A stretch of DNA of 56,967 nt, counting the filler, from Dirinaria sp. TL-2023a (Eukaryota): the NCBI GenBank assembly GCA_051941275.1. It is 5 parts of 5 records of this genome, joined end to end, with 100 filler letters (N's around TTAATTAATTAA, not from the genome) between each part and the next. Parts side by side here need not be neighbours in the genome. Positions count along the whole stretch, not along the records: positions 22,852 to 34,167 come from JAVEBF010000855.1; positions 34,268 to 45,578 come from JAVEBF010000856.1; 3 more parts are not named here. One strand, 5' to 3'. A model generated the notes under the pieces. The model saw only the letters and a list, made by a program, of their open reading frames with translations. It made no database searches and was not told the DNA's origin. The translations under genes were made by a program, and so were the position numbers. Of the stretch, positions 26,401 through 37,802 are shown piece after piece. Within the stretch, counting starts at the first letter, position 1, and each line of letters starts with the position of its first letter.

Positions 26401-27494
26401 TGGTGGAGGTTTGAAGTGTTGGGATTATGGATATCAATAACCTGTAGTTGCCCAGCTTGCGATGCGACAACACCGGTAGTCGACATTCTTGGGTGCATCT
26501 GTATGTAAGCTGCACCTGCAGGAAACGATATAGGAGCGAGCTGCTTCTTATCACGAAGGTCGTACACCTTTGCGAATGCATCGAGCATGCGCGCCCCATT
26601 GGCTCGAGTCGACCAGCCGCAAGTGACAAGATAGTTGTTCTGTGCATCCATCCAATTAATTGCAGTACTATGGGCCTGCCATGCCATGATAACGTTAAGA
26701 TTTGCAGGATCGAGAAGATGCACCTCGCCATGATTGGTGCCAGCGCATACGTAACGGCAGTATTTCATAATGTTGTATTGATAATCAGTAGGGATCTGTC
26801 CATTCTTAGCCATAAAGCCATAAAAATACAGAAAGAATTCAAACACCTCTTGAATAATAGTACCTTGTTCTACATCTACTCTATACATTACTTTCTGGTG
26901 ACCTGCCAGAAGCATTTCGGTCTGCTCGTTTCCCAAGAAGCTCATGCACGAGAGACTCGTCATAGACGCAGCGCTAGCGTGACCATGTCAATATCGAGAA
27001 TACAGAAGGCTCTAAGATGAACATACGATATATGCCATTGCGTCAAGCATCGTCTGGTACAGAAATGCACGCTCCTTGATGCTACAGAGAGGACGCCTAC
27101 TTGATGGAATAGAAATTGAGTGACGGCGCCTTCGCTGGTCGAGTGTGCCCGTAGCGACGTATACTTCTGGAGGTTGGGGCCATAGTAAGACGTGATACGA
27201 CCCTACGTCTACATTTAGGACATGGACCATGCATTGAGCTCTCCGCACCCTTGAAGCCTGGCAACTCACCGTCTCGTCACCAGCCCAAAGCAGCTCTTGA
27301 TGGGTGTCAAAAGCGATTACTCCTACATGCGGCCCTGAGCTTGGTAAAGGCAGGCGGTGCACCTTAATTTCGTTAGTGAAGAAGTCTAGAAAATTGCAAG
27401 CGAAGAGATCTGGCGAAGACTCTCTAGAAAGGCGCATGATGCCGGGTAACGATTGTCAAACATAAAAATTTACCTCGCCCCAATCCACTTCCAT
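23402..27494 (-). CDS. PAN2: PAN2-PAN3 deadenylase catalytic subunit Pan2 (WD40, pseudo-UCH, DEDDh exonuclease), multi-exon
   Basis: Start MEVDWGE|V. About 11 GT-AG introns can be traced in frame. Motifs [30 protein letters not shown] and WHLFNDFLV are present, with catalytic [16 protein letters not shown] and HDSIEDA. Confidence 0.95.
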
Positions 27495-27961
27495 ATTCTT
27501 TCCGCATTGGGCTAAGACTTGCTCGTCCGCGACTTCCGCTTGTAATAATGCTACATGTTGTACGAATAAGAAGTGCATAACATCACGTGCTCGATATAGG
27601 TAGGCTACCTTACCCTATATTAAGCGCGTAGCCGGGTCTAGCGCATCCGTAACCCTAACCGAGCTATCTTACAGCTCCGCAGTCAGGCCATTAAGGTAAG
27701 GTGATATGTAAGATTACCGTAGGTTTTAAGTAAGTACCTTACCTTACCTAGGTAATCATTGATCAAGCCAATATACGCTTATGCCATAAGGCAGCTTATG
27801 ATTATTACCTTTCTTTACATTTTCAAATATCACTATATATCTTCGCTAGGTGGTTACAAAATCCAAACCAATTGCTATGGCCCTGATTCACATTCTTACC
27901 GATAGTGATACATCATACTCTACATTGTCCCCTCAAAACTTACTGAACCCAGCAATAAGAT

Positions 27962-30278
27962 CTACACATCGGGACCTGTACCAGTCAGAAGCATGACAAT
28001 TTTGAAGAGTGCCGCTTCCACATACCAGCTTTGATGACCTCAGGTGTAGCTTCATCAGTGTATTTCTTGAAATTCTCAACGAACAAGCTGCCAAGTTTCG
28101 TGACTTCCTCTCTAAAATCTGCCGATCCACTCCAGGACTTCTTAGGATTGAGCATCTCTTCTGGAACACCAGTACAGGTCTTTGGTACGTGTAGATTGAA
28201 AGTATCGTATTTCTCGTACTCGGCTTTGGCGAGCTCGCCGGAGTGAATTGCGTCCAAGATGGCTCGAGTATATTTTAGGCTAGGAAACATAAGTCATATA
28301 CTCCAAAGTAAAGGCTATACAGGACTCCAATCCCAACTTACGGACACCTCTTGCCACCGGTGGTAGCACCCGCACCAACCCAGCCGGTATTCAACAACCA
28401 AGCGTTCGCATTGTGGTGAGCGATCTTGTCAGCAAGCATTTTGGCGTAGCGCATTGGATGCAGTGCAAGGAAAGGCTGAGCGAAGCATGACGAGAAGGTC
28501 GCTTGCGGTTCTGTGACGCCATCTTCAGTTCCAGCCATCTTCGAGGTGTACCCAGATATAAAGTGGAACATGGTCTGCTCCCCCGTAAGCTTGGATATTG
28601 GTGGGAGAACACCTCGTGCGTCGCAAGTAAGTAAGATAATGTTGGATGGGTGGTTGGTGGATATGCACGGGATCTTGGCGTTCTCAATGTATTCGATGGG
28701 ATAAGCACTTTTCTAGGCTTAGTATTTCCCTGAGGAAATGAAAGACAGGGCCGTTTACTGACCAACGCGTGTTCTCAGTTAACGTCGAATCAGCATAATT
28801 GACTAGTCGTGTCTCGGGACTGAAAACAACGTTCTCGAGGATCGATCCGAACCTGATTGCGCGGAAGATGTCAGGCTCTTTCTCTTCCGACAAATCAATG
28901 CACTTTGCATAGCACTGTTTCACGGTTAACGGACAAAAATTTATGCGAGGAGTTTCGAGAACTTACTCCGCCTTCGACGTTGAAAACGCCATGGTCGCTC
29001 CAACAATGCTCGTCATCGCCAATCAAAGCACGTTTGGGATCAGCGGACAAGGTAGTCTTCCCTGTACCAGATAACCCGAAGAATACTGTCACATCTCCTT
29101 TTTCGCCTTCGTTGGCGGACGAATGGAGTGTAAGAACATTATGCTTCACCGGCATCTCGTAGAATAAAACAGTGAAGACGCCCTTCTTCATTTCACCGGC
29201 ATATTCGGTACCCAAAATGACCATTTCCTTCTCCGAGAAATTGATCGCCACTGACGTCGCAGACGTCATTCCGGTCGTAAAACGATTCGCCGGGAAAGAA
29301 CCAGCATTGTAAATTGTATAGTCAGGTTTGAAATGGTCCAGCTCTTCCCTCGAAGGACGGATGAGCATGTTCCGCATGAAAAGTGCATGGTACGCTCTTG
29401 CGCAGATAACTCGGACGCTGATTCGGTAGCGCTCGTCCCATCCAGCAAAACCGTCGACGACATAAATGCGATTTCTTGTGTTCAGGTAATCCACAGCACG
29501 TTCTCTGTTGATTTTCCAGACCTGACGTTAGGGTTAGTTGAAGCAGAGCAGCACGTGATCGTGGGGTTATGGCCTGAGCCCCGATAACAGATAAGAGGTG
29601 CCGAGGCACATTTTTCCATATGCCTTGGGTTCTTCACAGTCCTAAACCAGGACGCGAAGCATCAGACTGGAAGATTACTAACATCAGGCGTCATTGCTTT
29701 ATTCACTGGCCCCCACCAGACATTATTCTCCGACGTTGGCTCTTTCACGATCCGCTTGTCAAGCGGCGAACGACCGGTCTTTGCACCCGAGTATGCAGTC
29801 AAGGCACCTGTCGATGTGATCGCTGAGCCGGTTTCATATACCAATGCGTCCTCGTACAGTGCTGCGATCGATGGGTTTGCGATCTATTCGAGCTTAGCCT
29901 TGGCATATGTTGGAAGCACTCATCGCGACTTACGATGGAGACGCGGTTGTAGTCAATGTGTGCCACTTCGTGGAGCTCCTCTTCGATCTCGGTGTGCTCT
30001 CGCTGAGGCCTGGAAGATACCGGTCAGCCCATAGCCGAGGGAAAACCAGTCCGCTGAAGCCCATTGGCCGCTTCAGATGTGAGGAGAACGTACTCTACAC
30101 CTCCGGGGTGGAGGTTAGTTCGATTGACGTTGTTTGGAAACATTGTAGCAAGGGAGCTCGAGTGGTAGTTGTTCTTGATTTGTTTGGAGTATTGCTGACG
30201 AGCGAAATCTGTGGAAAGGGGTGCAAGAGAAGCTGGGGCGATTGCGGATTCTTGAATATCCGCGACTGTCGACGGCAT
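27962..30278 (-). CDS. PCK1: Phosphoenolpyruvate carboxykinase (ATP)
   Basis: [33 protein letters not shown]-loop [15 protein letters not shown] and LIGDDEH. Seven GT-AG introns, with last exon GPDV* ending at 27962. Alternative start at 30143. Confidence 0.96.
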
Positions 30279-31055
30279 TCTGGAAAGTTTTTGTAGTCCA
30301 CGACCTGCCCTCCCCCCCTTGTGTGAGCCTGGCCGTCTCGAATTACTTGAGAATCAAAAGAAGGATAAAGGGCCAAGATTGGACCCGAATTTGTCCGATA
30401 ACTGGCTATACCGACCTAGTGATGAAACTTTCGGGCGTTTGCAGGCTCTTTGGGAAATGGTGAAGTATCTGATAAGCCCAATGCTTGCTGGAAATTGGAT
30501 TTGGAAGTTTGTAGGAGCCAGAGTCGCAAGGTGGAACGGAGTGATATTGTGTCCGTAGTGTTTTGGTCGTAGGGATGCATGACGACAGATGTTGTCAATG
30601 AACGCTCGCAGTCCGCCCTGATGTCTTCACAAAGCATTGCCTTCGTACGCCAAGTCCGAGGCCCAGCATCTGCCAACCCCGCATCGCACTAAACGCTCCC
30701 GGCATAAGGAATGCATTTGCCGCAGTCGCAGCCTCAAGTCCCAACAGCCATGTGATGAGGATCCTGTTCTAGAACAGCACATCCTCCGCAAACCGCCGCA
30801 AACCGCCGCAAACACATCCGGTCTGCCCCGATCATATCACTTGGCAGCAAGTCAGCTGCATTAGTCCAAATAGGAAGAACAGAATCTGGGCACACCCGTC
30901 ACGTCTCTGGTCTGTGGTGGACTTTCTTATTTGATCTACTGAGTAGATCAAAGTACACGCAAATTGATTCGAACTGACGAAAGTCATTGGCGTAGAGATT
31001 GTTGTAGAATTTGCCACGTTCGGTGTCAAACAATCGTTCGGATGGGTGGCAATTA

Positions 31056-32125
31056 TCATTGTACCTGAGCAGTTGGGAACTGGGCAAGGCCCGGCATTGA
31101 AATCTCGCCAATGACCGATTTGAGGATCTCCGGCAGGATCACGCCAGCATCCCCCTCGAAAAACCAATCATCCTCCTCCAGTCCGCCTCCGGGAGTGTCT
31201 GCTATATCTGTGTTGATTACTGCAACCCTGGCTCCTTTCTCCCTCGCTTCATCAACGTACCCGGCTGCGGGATGAACCCTGGCACTTGTTCCAACCACAA
31301 GCATCAGATCAATCTTCTCCGACTCCTCGATGAATTTTTCTACTGCTTGTAGCGTTACCTCCGGTAGCCTTTCGCCAAACCAGACAACTCCTGGACGAAG
31401 CAGACCGTCGCGGCAATGGGGACATTTAGGAAGCTGACTGGGAGGGATCTGAGGTATCGAAACTCCAGCATCTGAGATGTCCAAGTCACGAGAAGCTTGG
31501 CTACCATTATTAGTGCTTTGCATGGCACCATAAAGCGAGCTGGTGGCTTCAACTCCCGTCACATCGGTGCTTGAAGGATTGGGCTGAACACTTTCTTGTG
31601 GTATTGCGAGCGCTGGCACAATCGGGTCTGTGAAATTGTCGCGCTGGAAGTAATTGCAATAGAAAGAGGTGCATTTCACATCGAACAGTGAACCGTGCAG
31701 AAGATGCAGCTGAGAGGCCGGATGGCCTGCACGTTGACTGAGCCCTGGGAGACTTAGCTTCAGCAACGGGAGTATGGGTCATACTGCTGAATACCATCAA
31801 CATTTTGGCTCAGCGTCACGAAACCGCTCTTTGCCTTGGCCAGCTGAGCCAGTGCATAATGGGCCGGATTCGGTCTTGCTTGTAGCGCCATATGTCTCCT
31901 ATAGCTATAGAACTGCCATACCAGCCCAGGGTTTCTGCTGAATGCCTCCGGCGTTGCTAGTGAGATAGGGTCATTGTTTCGCCAGAGGCCTCCTGCGCCA
32001 CGGAAGGTCGGCAGACCCGAAGAGGCGGACAGGCCAGCTCCTAATAGAGCAAGAACGCGAGTTGAGGATTGGAGATGAGTTGCGAATGACTCAAGGTCAG
32101 CGGCAGGAATCGAAGTGGTCGCCAT
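31056..32125 (-). CDS. Class III (SIRT5/CobB-like) NAD-dependent protein deacylase
   Basis: GAGLSASSGLPTFRG, WQFYSYRR (YxxR succinyl-specificity motif), QNVDG|L across intron 31794-31745, LHGSL, Zn Cys pairs, RPGVVWFGE and VGTS. Confidence 0.9.
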
Positions 32126-32444
32126 TGGGAAGTGATACTGGAAGAGGCGTCTACCATTTGTGGTTGTGATGGATCCACTTCGACAAAGCAGCATCATACA
32201 ACATTGTTGCTGCAGAGTGATTCCCAATGAACATGGGTTGCCTGTGCAGTAACGCCTGACTTCTGGGAGTTTGTTCTCCCGTCACCGTCCCTCCGTCCCT
32301 ACTGTTTCCCTCGCTTCTTTTTATTGCCGACGCCAAGCGACCATGCCAAGACTTCCGGCATGCTCGCTACCTTACCTGTGAGCCTGTACTTCAGTAAATG
32401 AGAAATGATGATTGCCAGCTACGCAAAGAAGTGATGTAACGAGC

Positions 32445-34167
32445 ATGAAATCTGGCTTGCGTGTGGGGAGCTTTGCAAGGCCAACAGGTTACACTCGTTC
32501 ATGGCTTGGTGTCCCACCCTTACATCTACATAAACATTATGCCTCGGTGCATGCTGCGGATCTCCAATTCGGTCAACCAGTACGCTTCAAATTGGACTTA
32601 GCAGCGATCAAGCGCACACCTATTGATCGATCATAGGTCCATGAAACGCATCCTCATCTGCTAAAAGTTGGAGAGCGTGTGGAGCACCCAATGACACTTT
32701 TGCGCAACCACCAAGCTGATCCATCGTATTGCAGTCACGCCGGGCATCAGCGCCGCTGAGTATGCTCATCGACGCTCGAAGCTTGCATCCAAATTACCAG
32801 AGAAAGGCATCGCTATACTCGCCGCTGCAGACCTTAAATACCGCTCTGGCGCCGCCTTCTACGACTTCCATCAAGAATCTAATTTCTTCTATCTGACTGG
32901 TATGATTTGCGGTGGGGTCCATGAACGAAATTAACTAATGAAATCGGTCGACCCAGGATTCAATGAGCCGGACGCACTTGCTGTGATAGGTACGCGGCTC
33001 GTGATACAAGAAATATGAAGTCCATGGGCTGATAGTCCCAGGGAAGGCCTCGGATGACAATGATCACGTCTTCCACCTCTTCGTCCGGCCGAAAGATCCC
33101 AAGGCAGAACAATGGGACGGAGCAAGATCAGGCACACGAGCCGCATTAGACATCTTTAACGCAGACGAAGTACGCTTGCACGAACTATAAATCCAGGCTC
33201 AGGACTAAACCCATTGCAGTCCGGAGACATCGACGATGTCGAGGATCTCCTGAAACCCCTCGTCGGAGATGCATCCGAAATCCACACAGACTTGATCTCG
33301 AAGCCCAAGACCTCGGTCTTCGCTCGTCTCTTCCTTTCCCAGTCTACCAAAGCCGAAGGTCTCGAGAAGCTCTTCGGGTCCAAAAAGATCCAAGGACTAA
33401 AACCTACCATGAATGCCATACGGGACCTGAAAAGCGATGCCGAGATAGCGAATATGCGGCGAGCGGGCCAAGCCTCCGGCAGAGCATTCACAGAAGCCAT
33501 GAGGCAGGCTTGGACAAGGGAGAAAGACCTGGCTGCATTCCTCGACTACAGATTCAAGGGCAATGGGTGTGACACATCGGCTTACGTGCCAGTAGTTGCC
33601 GGCGGCCAAGTACGAGCATCATTCCCTTAGCCCCCTTCCCCCATGGCTCTCGCTGACACAAATAACCCTCTCAAGAACGCCAACGTGATCCACTACGTAC
33701 AGAACAACGCTCTCCTAAAGTAAACCACCTTACCTTCCATACCACTACTCCCACACCAGCTAACAACACCGGCCGCGCAGAAAAGACTCCCTCGTCCTCG
33801 TCGACGCAGGCGGCGAATACGGCGGCTACATAACGGACATAACGCGCACCTGGCCGGTAAGCGGGAGCTTCACGGCGGCGCAAAAGGACCTGTACAACGC
33901 CGTGCTCGCCACGCAACGGACATGCATCTCGCTCTGCCGCGCCTCGGCGGGGGTCTCGCTGGGAAAACTGCACGAGATCGCGGAACACGGTCTCAGGGAC
34001 AGTCTGTCGCGGCTCGGGTTCGACGGCATGTCGTCCGGCAGCGGCAGCGGCAGCAGCGCGATCGAAACGCTGCTGCCGCACCATCTGGGCCATTACATCG
34101 GTCTCGATGTCCACGATACACCGGGCCAGTCCAGGTCCGCGCCGCTGCAGGCCGGCCAGTGTGTCAC
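32445..34167 (+). CDS. ICP55: Mitochondrial intermediate cleaving peptidase Icp55 (M24B Xaa-Pro aminopeptidase family), 3' truncated
   Basis: Presequence, then FGQP|VHETHPHLL..GE|LTPGISAAEY, FHQESNFFYLTG, VDAGGEYGGYITDITRTWP and PHHLGHYIGLDVHD. The frame runs into the spacer. Confidence 0.9.
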
Positions 34168-34267
34168 NNNNNNNNNNNNNNNNNNNNNNNNNNNNNNNNN
34201 NNNNNNNNNNNTTAATTAATTAANNNNNNNNNNNNNNNNNNNNNNNNNNNNNNNNNNNNNNNNNNNN
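34168..34267. other. Artificial contig-joining spacer
   Basis: 44N-TTAATTAATTAA-44N. Confidence 0.98.
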
Positions 34268-35132
34268 AATCGCCAATGATTCTTTGTCAGAACAAGCACT
34301 CTCAAAACCGCTATCGAATCATACGAATAATCAAAACGTTGATCATTTAAAAATCGAAATCATTCATGTCTCTGAAATTAGACGCAATCATCTGCATTTT
34401 TTAGTGTAATGATTCAATCAAACTTTTCGTAACGAATGAATATTCATTGAGAATCTGAACTTCATCGAATTAATTGAAGACTTTTATAAAGATCATTCTG
34501 ACGTCGTGAGCGCGAACTCATGAGCACAATATATACTCGTCGCGAAATCAGCATCGACTTCGAATACAGTTATAACGATGACGAGAATTCTCGAGATCAT
34601 CTAATGTAACTTGCTACAACGATTTCAACACTTTCTAATCTATTGTGTGAATACATTTCTGTCATACATAGATCATAAAAGTTCTGTTTCACATAAAATT
34701 GTCTAACATACACGCATACGCAAAAAAATACTTTACGTAGACGCTTTTTAATCAAATATTTTATTTTCGATTATTTTACTAAACAGAGTCACATTTATTA
34801 TTCGATTCGCATCTTCGAGACTTAGTCAAAATAAAAATAAGATCACTAAAGCTACTCGACAACAAGAATCAACTCGCAGACGCTCGTTTTTTTCGAAAAG
34901 AGAGAATACTGTCACGATTTCATTTTACTCACTCGAATTAAGTGTTAACGACATGAATGTCGTTCTCATTTTCATTTCATGCTATTCGACGTACTAATTT
35001 GAGTACTGAACGCAGGTCGAGTTCATAGTTTCTTCTCTTTCTTTTCTTTCTTCTTTGCGAATTGTCTTGTTATCAATGTACCTAACACATTAATACCAAC
35101 ACTCCTAAGATTACTAAGCCACTTCGATGACA
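34268..35132 (+). mobile_element. Degenerate Ty3/Gypsy chromovirus 3' end: integrase tail and chromodomain relic, polypurine tract and 3' LTR
   Basis: The frame from 34269 reads ANDSLSEQALSKPLS...KIEIIHVSEIRRNHLHFLV**FNQTFRNE*IFIENLNFIELIEDFYKDHSD, i.e. a mutated DPLPGQ linker and chromodomain. A purine tract GAAAAGAGAGAATAC directly precedes TGTCA (34910), which is matched by TGACA (35128-35132), giving an LTR of about 223 bp. Confidence 0.8.
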
Positions 35133-36568
35133 GCACCCTTAGTACCGCTGATGAGGGTGTGTTGGAATTTATCGATACCAGGGCTCAATCAGGATTCGAT
35201 CCGACTAGTTGTCCCGTCGTTTCCACCGTCTATTGTACTTAACCTGAGAAATCTCTGCCATAGCTTTTTCCTCCTTAATGCCATTATCATTCTACTTTGG
35301 TGCCTCCCATTGCATATATCCCAACACGAAACATCGGAGACTTGGACTGTTGTCCCAGAATGATCAAAGCTCTATGCACCGCATACAGAAGTGCCGTCTC
35401 TGGCAACTAATCCATTACCCCAATTCAGATCTTTCATCGTCCACATGTCTGATAAGTTCTTCACAGATAATATCCTGTACTTCACACAATGTTTCCACTA
35501 AAGTTTATTAGAAGCAGAGACACGGTCAAGCATAACGCTTAACAGAGACTATAATCATCTTTTAGAAGCTTGAGCTAAACATGATCGCTTTTGGAAGAAG
35601 TCAAGATGTGCAGCATATCGTAGTCTCATGACGCAGTCAGGCAACGGTTATAGCGTGGAGACTCTTTCAGCTTGAACTTAGGAGACTGAACCTGGTTTTT
35701 TGATGGCAGTCTCCTACACGGTCGTTCTGGTACAGTACAAGCCTTTTCCTCATCTTACCTCTTTCTTTTCTTTTTTGCTATTGGCTCAAGAGTTTGTGAT
35801 GCTACGGAAACTCATCAATAGCCAGCAGTGACTAGCAATGCTCTCAAGATCACGGTAGGAGTAAAGATGAACGCTGACCAAGAAGATTTAGCTAACGCGC
35901 TACCGACGGCTAATTGAAAGCAGGGTGTCATTCGACTCAATTACATCTGGCCATGGGCTATGACATTGCATCTAATTACTCTTGTTCTGCGGACTGTGAG
36001 CGTCACTGTTCCAACCGAAGTTACCACCTTACTTAATCGATACTCAACTAACTGTCCGTGGTGAAGACTGAATCATACAGCAGAATCTATGCGCAGGCAT
36101 GATTTTTAGGGTCGCTACAATTTCTTGTTCTTTAATCAAGTCATCTTCAGCCCAAGGGTGCGATTCATTATTCAAAAATAACGACACATTGAAGCTTCGA
36201 ACTGAAGGTTTTGTACTGCGTTAATTATTAACAGTCAGAACGTTAAGTTCCATTTTCGGATGTCTGCACTGATTCGAATCTGTATGCACTATCTCTTCGC
36301 TTAACGAACAATCGCAGAGATATCAGGATCTGTTATACTTTGGGGTTTGAGGCGTATATCCTCTTAATCCGCACTATCTCACATCACTTAATAACTGTGA
36401 GAAATCTCTCCCCATTGCGTCACAGCGGTTTGATTCAGTCTTTGTCCGTGGACATGTGTTCCATAAATGGAAAAATTTTTGCAATCAGTACGATCTAAGC
36501 AGATCAGTAATGCGAACATTCTCTCGTCGCCAAAGTCCTTGCAACCTCTTTAAGCACACACTCAAACC

Positions 36569-37802
36569 TCAATACGACTCCCTCGTCCCGTTTTTAGCAC
36601 TTCTATAAATCGCCTCAACCATCCGATGCCTTACAACCGCCTCCTCAAACCCCGTATAATTTCCTTCCTTCTTACTAGTAAAAGCCTGATAAACACCCCC
36701 AATTCCTCCAAAATACGGTACCTCCGTCTGCAGCTCCTCCCAACCTCTCTCCTTTGAAATATACAATTTCGGCTGCTCGAACGCTAAAAAGGTATTCTTT
36801 CCAGAGAGTCTCAGGGACCCTTTTTCGCCGCTGATAGTCCACTCAACGCTATCAGGCGTAGCGTTCGTGGTTGATGCGTTCATGAAGCTGACACTGACGC
36901 CACTTTTGGTCACACCTTGGATCATGATGGAGTCCGCGAAGGTGCGCGGAGCGGCCACTTCGGAACCGTCAGGTTGGGCAAAGTGCACGGTTGGGAAAGT
37001 GATGGCTGTGGTGGCGTTGAGGAATGAGAATTCGCCAAGGAGAAAGCAGAGTGGATCGAGGAGGTGGGCGGTGTTGATTGAGATCTGGTTTGCTCCTAGA
37101 AGCAGATCTATCAGCCCTCCGATCTGCTTCACGAATCTTGCCGAAAAGGGTAAAGACTTTAAAAATTAACCAGATGACTCACCACTTTCCGTGTCATTGA
37201 AATAACGATACTTTTCTGGGAATTTGCTGACAAGCATACTGCTAGACGCGAAGACATTCGTGGTAATGACTCGCCCTAAGGCGCCGGAGTCAATCATCTC
37301 TTTTGCCTGAGAGGTATCCTTTAGCTTCATGCACCTAAGAAAATTTAAACCAGCTCAACCCTCAAATTCTTACCTTCAGAATCACCGGCAAACACCTCGC
37401 CTGCAAGCCCACCGCAGTCCTCACCGCCTGCTTCTTCGCAAACGCAGCAAGCTCCTCAGCTTCCTCAACATTGCGAGCAAGAGGCCATTCGACAAAAATC
37501 TCTTTCTTCGCCTCCAGAATTGGGAGCGTTAGCTCCTTATGTAGGGGCAGCTTAACAGACACAACGACCATATCAACATCGGAACTTTTTGCAATGCCTT
37601 TTGCGCTATGAAAAGCGTTTGTAGTAGGGATCTTGTGATATTCTGCAGCTGCTTTAGCAGTTTTGTCGGACGAGGTAGCCACAGCTGTGAGTTCGTAGTG
37701 ATCAGAGAGGGGTTTGGATCGTAAGGGGTCGACATGGGCGAGGTTTGCCCATGCAGTTGGGTCTGTTGAAAGACCTATGATCCCCACGCGGGTTAGAACC
37801 AT
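36569..37802 (-). CDS. Gfo/Idh/MocA family NAD(P)-dependent oxidoreductase (Gal80-like subfamily)
   Basis: MVLTRVGIIGLS...WANLAH, VDMVVVSVKLPLH, IFVEWPLA and VGLQAR. Two GT-AG introns, and C-terminus FEEAVVRHRMVEAIYRSAKNG. Confidence 0.88.
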
